DNA of 64,000 nt from Candidatus Methylomirabilota bacterium (GTDB taxonomy: Bacteria > Acidobacteriota > Terriglobia > Acidiferrales > UBA7541): positions 1,174-65,173 of the forward strand of contig DASPOJ010000029.1 in assembly GCA_035626055.1 (NCBI GenBank), written 5' to 3'. The position numbers and the translations under genes are program-made. The notes beneath the pieces are model-generated. The model saw only the letters and a program-made list of their open reading frames with translations. It ran no database searches and was not told the DNA's origin. Positions 8,905 through 19,672 of this stretch are shown here, piece after piece. Each line of letters starts with the position of its first letter. Position 1 is the stretch's first letter.

Positions 8905-11900
8905 CTAGCGCGGCAGCGGAACGATCAACAGCCGGTTGTTGGTCGTGTCGGCCACGACGGCCAGGTTCGCCAGTGGGTGAACGTCTACGGAGAACGTCGG
9001 AAGCAGTTCTTGCGACGAGGTCGTCTGAGGCGAAACGAACTGACACGTGGGCGTGATCGCGCGATTGCATGGCATCCCAAACAGATCAATCACGCCGCGG
9101 ATCCGGCGGTCGAGAAAGTCCACCACCGTCATTGTGCCGCTCGTCGTATTTGCAGTCACCAAGGTGCTGCTCAGGGAATTGTAGGCAATCCCCGTCGGAT
9201 TGATCCCAACCTTCACCGGCGTGGACTGTTGTGTGAGCACGGTAAGGGCGAAAAACTGGTTGCTCTGGCTCGAACTTACTAGGAACTCATCTTCCGAAGG
9301 GTCGTACACGACGTTCGTGGGCCCCTCCATTCCTGAAACCGTAGCCGTAAGACTCGGCCCCGTCTCGTCCACGATGGAGACATCGTTTCCTTCGGCGTTG
9401 GCCGAGGCAACCAGGTTATCCAGCGGGTCTATGGCCACTGAAACAGGGTACTCCCCGACGGCCTCAGAGGCTACCGTTCCCGGCGTGACGGCGTTGAAGA
9501 TATTAATGGAACCAGCGAGACTGCATGCCACTGCGACCTCTTGCGTGTTCTGGTCCACCGCGACACCAACAGGTCCCGCACCCGTGCCCTCCGTCTGCGT
9601 GACAGAATCGGCCAGCGTGTCGACGATCGAAACGTTGCTGCTTCCCTCGTTCGCCACTGCGGCGAGATGCAGGTTCGGCATGACCGCAACGCCGGTCGGG
9701 AAGGTTCCCACGGCAACGGTTTGCCCGGTGCCCGTCGAGAGATTGACGATGGCCAGTGTGTTACAACCGCTCAGCGACGCCACAACCAGATTATTCTGCT
9801 GGTCCAGCGCCACCCCCGCCGGCGCGGGCTGCGCGCAATTCGGCCCGGTGACGTCCACGGTTTCGAGCACGGTGAAATCTTCCGCGTTGGACACGGCCGG
9901 GGGGGAACCCTGATTGAACACGTCGAGCGCGAGAATGTGCGGAGTCGAAATCATGGAAGCCGGCACATTCACTGTCATCTCGCGGCCGTTCGGGGATACG
10001 GAGAGCGTTTGCAACGGGATGCCGTCCATTCGTGCAACGGAGCCCGAAACGAAGCCCTGGCCCACAATTGTCAAGGTTTGATCGGTCGCGACCGCCGGCG
10101 CTGTCAGACTGGCACTAATGGAGTAGGCGCGGGGGCTAATGTCCGTAATCTGGAGGGGGCGTAGCGCGCCCAGCGAGAAGACTGTAGCGGTGCCATCCGT
10201 CTGATTGATGACAATGGCTTCATTTGTCCCCGGATCGATGTCTGCAGCGATCGGTGATTGTCCAGTTGGCAGCGCGCTGGGAAGCGGCACTTGCGATGGG
10301 ATGGTCGGGTCGACGAGTACCGCAGTTCCCTGAGTGGAATTCAACACAAGCGCTGTGTCGGTCAAAGGGTTAAACGCAGCCGCCGAGGCCCCCAGCGGAA
10401 GGCCCACTGCACTCGATGTCTGGTCGAGCAAATTGAGGATGTAGACGGAAGCCGCAGAACTGAGCGGATCGGTCAGTACGGCATCTTGCGTTTCGGTGTT
10501 GATGGCGACGCCAGTGACGCTCACGGATACGCTCATCGTCGCGACAGGGCTTGAATAGTTGTCGTAACTGTTGGAGGTTGCGGTTGTGCCGGTACACGAC
10601 GAGACACTCGTCGCGTTCGGAGGGCAGCCACACACCAGGAAACCGCTCGCCGGTGGGTTCTGTATGCAACCCATATCGGGCGGCGTGGTCGTCCCGGACT
10701 GCGTAAACGTGTAGCTGTTTGCCGAGGGCACCGAAGTGACCGTGAAGATTCCGTTGAGGATGTTGGCCGCCGTGTCGGTCGTGTCCGGGATTCCAGTGAT
10801 CAGCACCGCTTGATTCACATGGAGCGCCGTCGGCGTGCTCGGCAGCCCAGGATTGAAGGAACCGCCGGCGGAAGTTGTGATCGTTACGGTGCCGGATTTT
10901 CGGGAAACCGCCGTGATGATGTCTTGGGTTTTCTGGCCCAAATTCGCGATGGTCAACGACCCGAGCCCGCCTGGCGTAATCACGGCCCAATTCAGGCGGG
11001 GCTCAATCGCGACGCTCGCGTTCGGTCCCGTGGCGACTGTAACAATCCCCGTGATTGCCGGAAATGGCGGCGGAGAGTTCGGACAGGCCGTTTGCGTCAG
11101 GCAAATAATCCCTGCGGCATTGGTGGATGCATAGACCACAATTCCCTGGCCGGTCACAGAGTTGATGCCGATGGAGATTGGACGTAGCACAGTGCCTTGG
11201 TTGTTGAGAGCCGGGATGATCGCCGTGACCTTGCGCTGACTCAGATCGATGACCGAGATGGTGTCCGACGTGCCGTTGGCGACCAGCGCCACATTCAGCA
11301 GATAGTCCACCGCGACGCTGACCGGCCCAGTCTTGGGGCTATTGGCATCCGCTGCTCCACACGGCCCGGTATCCCCCACCGTTTCTGTGCAGAGAGAGGG
11401 CAAAACGACCGCGGGCGGATTCTGGGTCATGTCGATCAAAGTAACGTCATTCGACCCTTGGTTTGCGACGACCGCGATTCCCGTGGCGTGATTGATCGCA
11501 ACGGCGGAAGGCTGCGTCCCAAGAGTGAGCGTCGCTGGCACCCCAACGGAGGATTGCGTCGCCGCGGGCGGACCGTACGCGGGCCGCACGGCCAGGTTCG
11601 TGGAGGCTACCAATTGTGGCTGCGCCGTGTTCCGCAGCGTGACAGGATAGAGCCCAGGCGTCGAAAAATCGGACTCATTCAGCGAACCGCCAATCGTTAC
11701 TCCAAGCTGCCTCGTGCTGCTGGTAATCGAAGCTACCCGCGGCTGGTTGTTGTACAGTGCAGTTACCGTGGGATTCGTCGCGGTCCCGAAATACCCGCCA
11801 TTGATGTTGAAATTCAACGCGGAGGTACCGCCTTGGGGAGTGCTGTCGGGCGTGGGACCGACAATCGCCGGTCGCACCGGCGTGACGACGACTTGGCACT

Positions 11901-12996
11901 GCGACAACGTCGGGCAAGTCTGCGGGATGCCGCCCTGGCGTTCGACAGAGATGGACAATGCGTAGGTCGTGTTCGGGGGACTCGGCTGGTTCGACAGCAT
12001 GAAATCCGGGAGCCGCACTTGCATGCTGGTGAATTCGCTAGTCACCGTGGAGCTGTTCCCAAGAGCGCTCACAGCGGAATTGGGCAGGGTGAAGCATCCT
12101 GTCGTAACGTTGGCATTTCCCTCCGTACAAGGCGTGCTAACGACCACGCCGTTAACCAGCACGCTCGTCGTTGAGATGAAATGCGTGCCGGTCAAGTAGA
12201 TGTCTTGAAACAGGCCACCCTGTGGAGCCGAAGACGGGCTGACCGAACTGACCGTGGGGTCCACCGCGGCGATCACCTCGACGCCAGCGATTCCCGTCAC
12301 AGTCGGATCCGCCACGGAGGTCGCCACCACAATTATGGAATTCGTCGGAACCGAGCCCGGCGCCGTATACAGGCCGGTCGTAGAAGCAATTGACCCCAAA
12401 GTGCCGGTCGTAGTGCATGAAGCCGCTGTGGTAGCGGTGGCAGAAGTGAACACCGAACATACCTCCCACGTGACCGAAGTGCATTTAGCCACGGTCAGGT
12501 TGAGGGCGGCGCATCCGGCGGTCGTAGTCCCGGTCACGACGGCTGTAAAGGGGAAGGTTTCATTTGAGCCGAGGGTGACGGTGCTGGGACTGACCGTAAC
12601 CCCAATCCCGGAAGCGATGGTCACGGTGGCGTTCGCAGTGGCTGCGGAATTCGCCGCCGCGGTCGCCGTGACCGTAACGCTGTTGGGGCTGGGTATCAGG
12701 GCTGGGGCCGTATAAAGACCAGTCGTGTCGACCGTGCCGACAATCGCATTGCCGCTGGCCGTACTTGCAGTCGCGGCCGTGCAACTGGATTTTCCATTGG
12801 TCGTGACGACTACACACCAGTTCACCGCCGTATTGGTGGAGCCCGTGACGGTTCCCGTGAACTGTTCCTGATGGGCGATGAGGACCGTGGCGGTGGTCGG
12901 ACTGATCGTGATCGAGACGGTCGTCTGAGAGCTACAGCCCATCGTGACCGCCATGCACGTGAGCGCGAGTACAAGCCAGAGCTTCCGCGACTTCAT
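8905..12996 (-). CDS. Giant surface/periplasmic lipoprotein with Big_2-like Ig domains, IPT/TIG-like domains and YVTN-type beta-propeller repeats
   Basis: Lipobox MKSRKLWLVLALTCMAVTMGCSS. Three N-terminal repeats of the type ISPTTATV...QFTGTVTGSTNTAVNW. Several SPSSAPQGG/TPDSTPQGG IPT-like modules. Many repeats of the type G.FP.GVAV....LAAVAN.GSN.VSIVD (YVTN family). Confidence 0.8.
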   Translation of the reverse strand: MKSRKLWLVLALTCMAVTMGCSSQTTVSITISPTTATVLIAHQEQFTGTVTGSTNTAVNWCVVVTTNGKSSCTAATASTASGNAIVGTVDTTGLYTAPALIPSPNSVTVTATAAANSAATANATVTIASGIGVTVSPSTVTLGSNETFPFTAVVTGTTTAGCAALNLTVAKCTSVTWEVCSVFTSATATTAASCTTTGTLGSIASTTGLYTAPGSVPTNSIIVVATSVADPTVTGIAGVEVIAAVDPTVSSVSPSSAPQGGLFQDIYLTGTHFISTTSVLVNGVVVSTPCTEGNANVTTGCFTLPNSAVSALGNSSTVTSEFTSMQVRLPDFMLSNQPSPPNTTYALSISVERQGGIPQTCPTLSQCQVVVTPVRPAIVGPTPDSTPQGGTSALNFNINGGYFGTATNPTVTALYNNQPRVASITSSTRQLGVTIGGSLNESDFSTPGLYPVTLRNTAQPQLVASTNLAVRPAYGPPAATQSSVGVPATLTLGTQPSAVAINHATGIAVVANQGSNDVTLIDMTQNPPAVVLPSLCTETVGDTGPCGAADANSPKTGPVSVAVDYLLNVALVANGTSDTISVIDLSQRKVTAIIPALNNQGTVLRPISIGINSVTGQGIVVYASTNAAGIICLTQTACPNSPPPFPAITGIVTVATGPNASVAIEPRLNWAVITPGGLGSLTIANLGQKTQDIITAVSRKSGTVTITTSAGGSFNPGLPSTPTALHVNQAVLITGIPDTTDTAANILNGIFTVTSVPSANSYTFTQSGTTTPPDMGCIQNPPASGFLVCGCPPNATSVSSCTGTTATSNSYDNYSSPVATMSVSVSVTGVAINTETQDAVLTDPLSSAASVYILNLLDQTSSAVGLPLGASAAAFNPLTDTALVLNSTQGTAVLVDPTIPSQVPLPSALPTGQSPIAADIDPGTNEAIVINQTDGTATVFSLGALRPLQITDISPRAYSISASLTAPAVATDQTLTIVGQGFVSGSVARMDGIPLQTLSVSPNGREMTVNVPASMISTPHILALDVFNQGSPPAVSNAEDFTVLETVDVTGPNCAQPAPAGVALDQQNNLVVASLSGCNTLAIVNLSTGTGQTVAVGTFPTGVAVMPNLHLAAVANEGSSNVSIVDTLADSVTQTEGTGAGPVGVAVDQNTQEVAVACSLAGSINIFNAVTPGTVASEAVGEYPVSVAIDPLDNLVASANAEGNDVSIVDETGPSLTATVSGMEGPTNVVYDPSEDEFLVSSSQSNQFFALTVLTQQSTPVKVGINPTGIAYNSLSSTLVTANTTSGTMTVVDFLDRRIRGVIDLFGMPCNRAITPTCQFVSPQTTSSQELLPTFSVDVHPLANLAVVADTTNNRLLIVPLPR

Positions 12997-13074
12997 TCCT
13001 ACTCCTCCAAGTTCGAATACGAGACGTTCACCCCTGTGTTTCGCTCGTCGTCTACATTCGGCAAGTGCATTGCG

Positions 13075-16044
13075 TTAAAACGTCCGGCTGACCGTCAGCC
13101 GGAGAACTTTCAAGGGATCGTAGAACTCCGTCAGCTGCCGATTCGTTCCCAATGTCGTCAGTGGGCACGTAGGGCAAGTAAACTGGCTTTGGTAAACATA
13201 AGGAGGCAGGCTGGCAGCAATGTTCGCCAGCGGGCCTACGCTAAATAGTGTTTCGGGCGCGGTAACGGCCAGCGCTTCCCGATCCCAGTTATACGACCAA
13301 TAAATCCGGACCGGGGCGTGCACAATGGGCAGATTCGCGACAATCTCAATTCCGGAAGAGGCGCGAAGCTTGAAATTTGTTCCGGACTGGATCGCAAGCG
13401 ATTTGCTTAACTGCAAAGGTGACAAGTTCTCGAGCTGCGACAGCCCCAGGGTCTGCAATTGTCCGATTGTAGCGGCGCCCTGGGAGAAGTTGGTCTGAAT
13501 GTTTTGCATCCCGACCGAGCTCAGTGCCAATTGGTTTGGCAGCAATGCGCCAGACGCCCCGACGTCCGTGAAAAACGACAAGCCGACATAGGAACCAACA
13601 ATGGGGATTCTGTACTCAAAATTGCCTAACGCTTCAGTATCGCCCCCTGGGAACGCGATTTGGTAGGACAAAATTGGGATCGCCGGAGATGTCACCTCAA
13701 TGGGTGCCCCCGTGGAACTCAGCACGCGCGGATCATAGTACTGCACAGTAGTGCTTGAAAGCACAGGAATGAAGACCACCGGCGAGACCGTGCGTACGTC
13801 GAAGCCGCGCAGGGTGTCCTCGCCGCCCAGGTAGAACCGGTCGTACGGCGGCACCTCGAGTCCCCCATATCCCGTCGTGAACGCCCCCAAGACTCGCATC
13901 GCAATCACGTTGCGCTTGTGATAGTTGGGGCGGAAGTAGGACGTGGAGACGGTCGCGGTCAGGGCCTTTACGTTTCCACCCAGCGGGCCGCCTTCGAAGC
14001 TTCCTTGAACGTAGAAACTCTTCCCACGCGTCGGATTGTAGGGATTGTCCACCGTGTTATAGCTCAGCGAGGGCGCAATCCGGCTGGAATGAATGCCGGA
14101 GAGAGCGGAGGGCCCGGCAAGCTGCTGAAACTGCAGCGCGTCGAAAAGGACGGTGGATGCCGTGCTGAACGATTGAATGCTCGTGGCTGTGAAACCATAG
14201 GTCAACCCGAGCCGCGTAAACGAAAACTTCTTGATCGGGTAGCTGGCGAAGATTGTGAACCCCGCGCTGTTCTGGTTGTAATTCTGTGCGATGTCCGGAC
14301 TCAGTTGGACCTTTTGGCCCAGCAGGAGCGAAGTTTCGCGCGATTGGTCGAAATTGTAGCGGCTATCGGTGATGGTGAAGCCCGTCGAGATCGGCCGGTC
14401 AAAAAGGTAGGGCTCGGTGAAGCCGAACATCAATTCCCGCTGGATCGTTCCGATCTGCGCGGTGAAGCTCAAGGTCTCGCCCAGCCCGAGAAAATTATTG
14501 GTCTGGTAGGTCAGGCCAAGGAACCCCCCCGCGATCCCGCTGACGCCCCCGGTCAGGCTGATAGACTGTTTCCCCTTCTCTTTGACCTTCAACGTGATAT
14601 CCACAGTACTGTTCTTGACGTTTTGCTTGACCTCGGCGTTTTCGGGCTTGATCGGCTCGAAGTAGTTCAATTGATTGAGCCGCAGGATGCTAATTTCCCA
14701 GAGGTGGTTGTTGTAGAGGTCCCCCTCGTTGAGCAATAACTCGCGCCGGATGACCTTGTCCCGCGTTGTCGTGTTCCCCAAGAATTCGATTCGGCGAACG
14801 GAGAACTGTTTCCCCTCGTCAAAATCGAGTGTCAGATCAATGGTCTTCGCCGACTCATTGATTTCCTCCGAAGGAATGGCGGTGAAATTGATGAACCCGT
14901 ATTGCCCGTAGAACTTGGTGTAGTTTTGCACCGCAGTGCGCACTTTGCCCACACTGAAGATGTCGCCGGCGTGAAGAGGGAATATGCTTTCTAAGAATGC
15001 ACGTTTTATGGTCAGCCCCTTATCGGGGTCCGCGCTGCGAATGACGAGCTTTCCCATCCGGTACTTGTCGCCTTCTTCGATCCCGATCGTAATGTTGGTC
15101 GCCTTGCCGTGCTCTCTTCCGACAATTGGCCAAGGACCCGGAACACCGCGGCGGTCCACTTCGACGGTCTGTACGATGGGGTCCTTCACCACGACCTTGA
15201 AGAAGCCATTGTCCTGGTAGAGGTTGCGGATGCCCACTTCGAGATCCTCGTCCAGTTTGTCCCGATCAAAAGTCTTGGACATGACTGGGATGAACGTGAA
15301 GTAAAGCGGGATTCCATAGGGGCGGGAGCGTTTCATGGCGCGAATAATTTTGTCGTGGGAGAAAGCCTGATTCCCCTGAATGGTAATCTTGCCGATTTTC
15401 ACCTTTGGCCCTTCGTCTACGACGAAGACAAGTTTGACTGCATTTGTCGCGGCGATCTTTTCGTAGGTCGGCTTCACGGTCGCGAACTGGTGGCCGTGGG
15501 CGGCGAGCAATTCTTGTATCACGACCTGGGCCTTCTTGACTTTCGTCGGATCAAACTGGGCTTCGACGGAGAGCCCGACCTTTGCATCCTTGAACGCGTC
15601 CAAGACGTCGGACTCGGAGACCGATTTCAGCCCCTTGTATTCGATCCGGCGGACGATCGGCCGCTCGGAGAGATAAAAGACTATGATCTTCCCGTTCGGA
15701 TGGTCGGGGCTGTCCTGCACTTCCAGGCGAATGTCTTCGAAATAGCCGGTGTTCCACAGCGCTCGGAAATCCCGTTCCAGGCTTTCCGGTTTGTAGGGAT
15801 CCCCATCACGCGTGAAAATCCGCGCTCGCAGCGTCTCGCTACGAATCCGGCGGTTGCCTTCGAAGTCGATGCGCTCGACATAGAACGGGTTTGGCGTTCC
15901 CTGCGCGTCCTGAGGAGGGATGGGACGTGCAGTTGCAGTTCCAATTCCCGCCAGATACACGAGGAACGTCCACTCCAAAATCCGAAGGCAGAAATGTTTA
16001 CTTGCGGCCGCGCGACTCCTCAAGGCCGCGTCCCCCCAAGACAA
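13075..16044 (-). CDS. bamA: Outer membrane protein assembly factor BamA
   Basis: N-terminal POTRA-like repeats (VERIDFEGNRRIRSETL..., IVRRIEYKGLKSVSESDV..., KIGKITIQGNQAFS..., VRRIEFLGNTTTRDKVIRREL) followed by a long beta-barrel region that ends in an aromatic residue (F). Exact start uncertain. Confidence 0.9.
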   Translation of the reverse strand: MSWGDAALRSRAAASKHFCLRILEWTFLVYLAGIGTATARPIPPQDAQGTPNPFYVERIDFEGNRRIRSETLRARIFTRDGDPYKPESLERDFRALWNTGYFEDIRLEVQDSPDHPNGKIIVFYLSERPIVRRIEYKGLKSVSESDVLDAFKDAKVGLSVEAQFDPTKVKKAQVVIQELLAAHGHQFATVKPTYEKIAATNAVKLVFVVDEGPKVKIGKITIQGNQAFSHDKIIRAMKRSRPYGIPLYFTFIPVMSKTFDRDKLDEDLEVGIRNLYQDNGFFKVVVKDPIVQTVEVDRRGVPGPWPIVGREHGKATNITIGIEEGDKYRMGKLVIRSADPDKGLTIKRAFLESIFPLHAGDIFSVGKVRTAVQNYTKFYGQYGFINFTAIPSEEINESAKTIDLTLDFDEGKQFSVRRIEFLGNTTTRDKVIRRELLLNEGDLYNNHLWEISILRLNQLNYFEPIKPENAEVKQNVKNSTVDITLKVKEKGKQSISLTGGVSGIAGGFLGLTYQTNNFLGLGETLSFTAQIGTIQRELMFGFTEPYLFDRPISTGFTITDSRYNFDQSRETSLLLGQKVQLSPDIAQNYNQNSAGFTIFASYPIKKFSFTRLGLTYGFTATSIQSFSTASTVLFDALQFQQLAGPSALSGIHSSRIAPSLSYNTVDNPYNPTRGKSFYVQGSFEGGPLGGNVKALTATVSTSYFRPNYHKRNVIAMRVLGAFTTGYGGLEVPPYDRFYLGGEDTLRGFDVRTVSPVVFIPVLSSTTVQYYDPRVLSSTGAPIEVTSPAIPILSYQIAFPGGDTEALGNFEYRIPIVGSYVGLSFFTDVGASGALLPNQLALSSVGMQNIQTNFSQGAATIGQLQTLGLSQLENLSPLQLSKSLAIQSGTNFKLRASSGIEIVANLPIVHAPVRIYWSYNWDREALAVTAPETLFSVGPLANIAASLPPYVYQSQFTCPTCPLTTLGTNRQLTEFYDPLKVLRLTVSRTF

Positions 16045-16098
16045 AATGGCCTGCTCCCTGCCGGCCCCCGGAGGCCCGGCCTGTGCGCGTTGGATTCG

Positions 16099-18525
16099 TC
16101 AGTGGGTGACCGGGGTTGCTTCCACCACGGGACGGAAGCCCAGCCCTTCGCCCGAGACATAGACTTCCAATGTTGCCGGGCGTTGCAGGCCCCCCTGGAT
16201 CAGGGCTTCCGACAACGGGTCTTCGACATACTTCTGCAGCGCCCGGCGGAGCGGGCGCGCGCCGTAACTGCGATCCCCGCACGTCTTTTCAAGGATCCAC
16301 TGCCGCGCTTCGGGCGTCAGGACGATCTGCACCTGGCGGTGGATCAGCGTGTCGTTGATCTGGCCGGCGAGCAAATCGATGATGCGCAAGAGATCGTCAT
16401 CGGCCAGCGGGTTAAACAGAATAATTTCATCGAGCCGGTTCAAGAATTCCGGGTTGAAGACGCGCTTGACCTCGCCCAGAACCATTTCTTCCATACTCTT
16501 CGCACCTGCCTCGTCAGCACTGGATTGGAAGCCGAGCGTCTGGCGCTTCTGCAAATGGCGCGCCCCAAGGTTCGAAGTCATGATCAAAATCGTATTGCGA
16601 AAATCTACGGTATTCCCCAGTCCGTCAGTGAGCTGCCCGTCTTCGAAGACTTGGAGAAGGATATTGTACACATCCGAATGCGCCTTCTCGATTTCGTCGA
16701 GTAAGATCACCGAATAGGGCGTGCGCCGCACCCGCTCTGTCAATTGGCCGCCTTCTTCATAGCCGACGTAGCCCGGAGGCGCGCCGATCAACTTCGAAAC
16801 GGAATGTTTTTCCATGTATTCGGACATGTCGAAGCGGATCAACGATTTCTCGCTGCCGAACAGAAATTCCGCCAGTCGCCGCGCGACTTCCGTCTTCCCG
16901 ACGCCGGTCGGCCCCAGGAACAGGAAGCAGCCGACCGGTCGGCCCGGCGCCTTCAAGCCCGCGCGGCTGCGGCGAATGGCGCGGGCAAGGGCCGTGATGG
17001 CCCTAGCCTGGCTGATGACGCGCTTGTGCAATTCCTGCTCGATCCGCAGCAGTTTTTGCTGCTCGTCTTCCTTGATGGAAGTGACTGCGATTCCGGTCCA
17101 GCGCGCAACCACTTCTTCGATGTCCTCGCGGGTCACCACGCCCGTCGTGGAATCGTCCAACTTCAATTTCTCGCGCACCTGGCGGAGGTTTTCTTTCTCC
17201 TTGCGCTCTTCTTCCGAGTAAAAGCGCGCTTTCTCAAATTCATGGTTCGCGATCGCCGTTTCCATGCGGTGCGTGATGAACTTCACGCGCTTCTGCACCT
17301 CGGCCACTTCGTCCGGAAGCGTCGCCTGACGCAACTTGACGCGGGCGCCAGCCTCGTCAATCAGGTCCACGGCCTTGTCGGGGAGGAATCGATCGGGGAT
17401 GTAACGGCTGGAGAGGTAGACGGCGTTCTGGATCGCCTCGTCGGTGTAAGAGACCGCGTGGAATTTTTCGTAACGCTCGCGCACGCCTTGGAGAACCCGG
17501 ATCGCTTCCTCCTCGTTGGGAGCGGCAACCTTCACGGATTGGAAACGCCGTTCGAGAGAGCGGTCCTTCTCGACAGACTTGCGATATTCGCCCGGAGTCG
17601 TAGCCCCGATGCACTGAATTTCGCCGCGCGAAAGCGCGGGCTTCAATATATTCGCGGCATCGAGGGAACCCTCGGCTGAGCCTGCGCCGACCAAGGTGTG
17701 CAGCTCGTCGATGAACAGGACCGAGTTCTGGTTCTCCATCAATTCCTTCATGATTGTTTTCAGCCGCTCTTCAAATTGGCCGCGGTACTTCGTGCCCGCC
17801 ACGATGAGCGAAAGATCGAGGGAAAGAATCCGTTTATCGGCGAGGAACGGCGGCACGTCGCCGTCGGAGATGCGCTGGGCCAGGCCTTCGACGATGGCCG
17901 TCTTTCCGACGCCGGGTTCTCCGATCAATACGGGATTGTTCTTCGTGCGGCGGCAAAGGATTTGAATGACTCGCTCGACTTCCCGTTCGCGGCCCACCAG
18001 CGGATCCAATTGCCCTTCCAGAGCCGCCTGCGTCAGATCGCGGCTGAATTCCGACAGCAGGGAGGTTTCCTTCGGCCGGTTCAACGGAACCTTTTCGCCG
18101 GCCGAACGCGCCAACTCCTCCCGCAGCGCGGAAAGCCGCAACCCGCGTTCCTGTAGGATCTCCGCACCGAAGCACTTTTCCTCCCGCAAAATTCCGAGGA
18201 GCAAGTGCTCCGTGCCAACGTGCTTGTGGCCGAGTCGCTCGGCCTCTTCGGTCGCATAATTGAGGATGCGCTTTGATTCCTGGCTCAGCGGCACTTCGAC
18301 GGAGGTGGAGATCCGCTCGCGAATCGTGATGCGCGATTCAATTTCTTTCCGGATGGATTCGATCGAGCCGTGTGTTCGCAGAAACCGATTGGCCAGAGCT
18401 TTATCCTCGCGCATGAGGCCCAGCAGCAGATGCTCGGTCTCAATGTACGGGCTGCCGTACTGGCTGGCCTCATAGCGCGCGAAGAAGATTACTCGTCGTG
18501 CCTTCTCAGTGTAGCGTTCGAACAC
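16099..18525 (-). CDS. clpC: ATP-dependent Clp protease ATP-binding subunit ClpC (class I AAA+, two NBDs)
   Basis: Clp_N repeats ([15 protein letters not shown]..., ETEHLLLGL), Walker [10 protein letters not shown] and GPTGVGKTE, and a UVR-like middle domain ([13 protein letters not shown]). GTG at 18525 gives the canonical [10 protein letters not shown]-terminus; the listed ORF extends to 18600. Confidence 0.93.
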   Translation of the reverse strand: MFERYTEKARRVIFFARYEASQYGSPYIETEHLLLGLMREDKALANRFLRTHGSIESIRKEIESRITIRERISTSVEVPLSQESKRILNYATEEAERLGHKHVGTEHLLLGILREEKCFGAEILQERGLRLSALREELARSAGEKVPLNRPKETSLLSEFSRDLTQAALEGQLDPLVGREREVERVIQILCRRTKNNPVLIGEPGVGKTAIVEGLAQRISDGDVPPFLADKRILSLDLSLIVAGTKYRGQFEERLKTIMKELMENQNSVLFIDELHTLVGAGSAEGSLDAANILKPALSRGEIQCIGATTPGEYRKSVEKDRSLERRFQSVKVAAPNEEEAIRVLQGVRERYEKFHAVSYTDEAIQNAVYLSSRYIPDRFLPDKAVDLIDEAGARVKLRQATLPDEVAEVQKRVKFITHRMETAIANHEFEKARFYSEEERKEKENLRQVREKLKLDDSTTGVVTREDIEEVVARWTGIAVTSIKEDEQQKLLRIEQELHKRVISQARAITALARAIRRSRAGLKAPGRPVGCFLFLGPTGVGKTEVARRLAEFLFGSEKSLIRFDMSEYMEKHSVSKLIGAPPGYVGYEEGGQLTERVRRTPYSVILLDEIEKAHSDVYNILLQVFEDGQLTDGLGNTVDFRNTILIMTSNLGARHLQKRQTLGFQSSADEAGAKSMEEMVLGEVKRVFNPEFLNRLDEIILFNPLADDDLLRIIDLLAGQINDTLIHRQVQIVLTPEARQWILEKTCGDRSYGARPLRRALQKYVEDPLSEALIQGGLQRPATLEVYVSGEGLGFRPVVEATPVTH

Positions 18526-18544
18526 GGTTCGCTCGTTTCTCCCC

Positions 18545-19336
18545 TCAGCCAACTTTCCCAGGGTAGTTGGTGGTTTCGGAAACCTGGCGCAGCACCCCAT
18601 GCTCCAGCCCGAGCACGCGATCCGCGCGCCGGGCCAGCGTGAAATTGTGCGTTGCCAATATGGAGGTCAGACGATGCATCCGGTGCAGTCGCTGCATCAA
18701 CTCAAAAACCCCGCTGGCATTTCGCTCGTCCAGATTCCCGGTGGGCTCATCGGCCAGTAAGACGGCCGGACCATGTGCGAGCGCGCGGGCGATGGCCACT
18801 CTCTGCTGCTCGCCACCGGATAGCTCCCCGGCGCGTTGATCCGCCCGCTCTGCCAGTCCGACTTCTTCGAGCCACTGCCGGGCTGTGGCGACTGCATCAC
18901 CGTAAGCCCGCCCCCTTATCAACAGTGGCATGGCGACATTTTCCGAGGCTGAAAAATCGGCCAGCAGATGATGCCGCTGCCAGACGAAGCCGATCGCGGT
19001 GTTGCGATACTGCGCCAGCTCGTCTTCGCGAAACGATTCGAGCGCTTTCGATTCGAAGTATACTGTACCGCTTGTTGGCGTGTCTAGCGCAGCCAGCAGA
19101 TGCAACAACGTGCTTTTCCCCGCTCCGGAAGGTCCCACGATCGCCACCATCTCGCCGCTGGCGACCGAAAGATTTGCGCCATCGAGAACGGTCACGACTT
19201 GTCCGCCCAACCCGTAAGACTTGCGCAACTCGCGCGCCTCGATGACGGCCCCACCTACTGCCGCCGGCAGCTCGCCGCCGAAAAGCTCATTCGCTTCAGT
19301 GGCACGCTTCGTCGTCGTTGCGGATGTCTGCGTCAT
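18545..19336 (-). CDS. lolD: Lipoprotein-releasing system ATP-binding protein LolD
   Basis: Walker A GPSGAGKST, signature [14 protein letters not shown], Walker [12 protein letters not shown]. Sits downstream of a LolC/E-type permease gene. Confidence 0.85.
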   Translation of the reverse strand: MTQTSATTTKRATEANELFGGELPAAVGGAVIEARELRKSYGLGGQVVTVLDGANLSVASGEMVAIVGPSGAGKSTLLHLLAALDTPTSGTVYFESKALESFREDELAQYRNTAIGFVWQRHHLLADFSASENVAMPLLIRGRAYGDAVATARQWLEEVGLAERADQRAGELSGGEQQRVAIARALAHGPAVLLADEPTGNLDERNASGVFELMQRLHRMHRLTSILATHNFTLARRADRVLGLEHGVLRQVSETTNYPGKVG

Positions 19337-19672
19337 TCGAGTCAGTTCCCGGAACTCGTTCGGTCAGATTCCCGTTCCTGCCTAAATAGACTAGATGCAC
19401 TTTCACGCTCGCTTGCGGCCCTCCACAGATTGCCCAAGCGCAACGTTTCCAGAGTATGGGCAGAACCTTTCTCTTTAACGCCCACTCCCTTGCCAAAAGC
19501 AGTCCAGCCCCAAGATGAAACACCACACCCTAGGGGCATAATTCCTTGATAAGAAAGCAATTGTAGCATAGCCAGGATGCCCCATTTGGCGGCTCGCTCC
19601 CCTCTAGGCCAAGTCCGCCGCCCGCCACATATAATCGTGCAAGCGCCGCGCCAAACCCGGCCCTTTCGCCCC

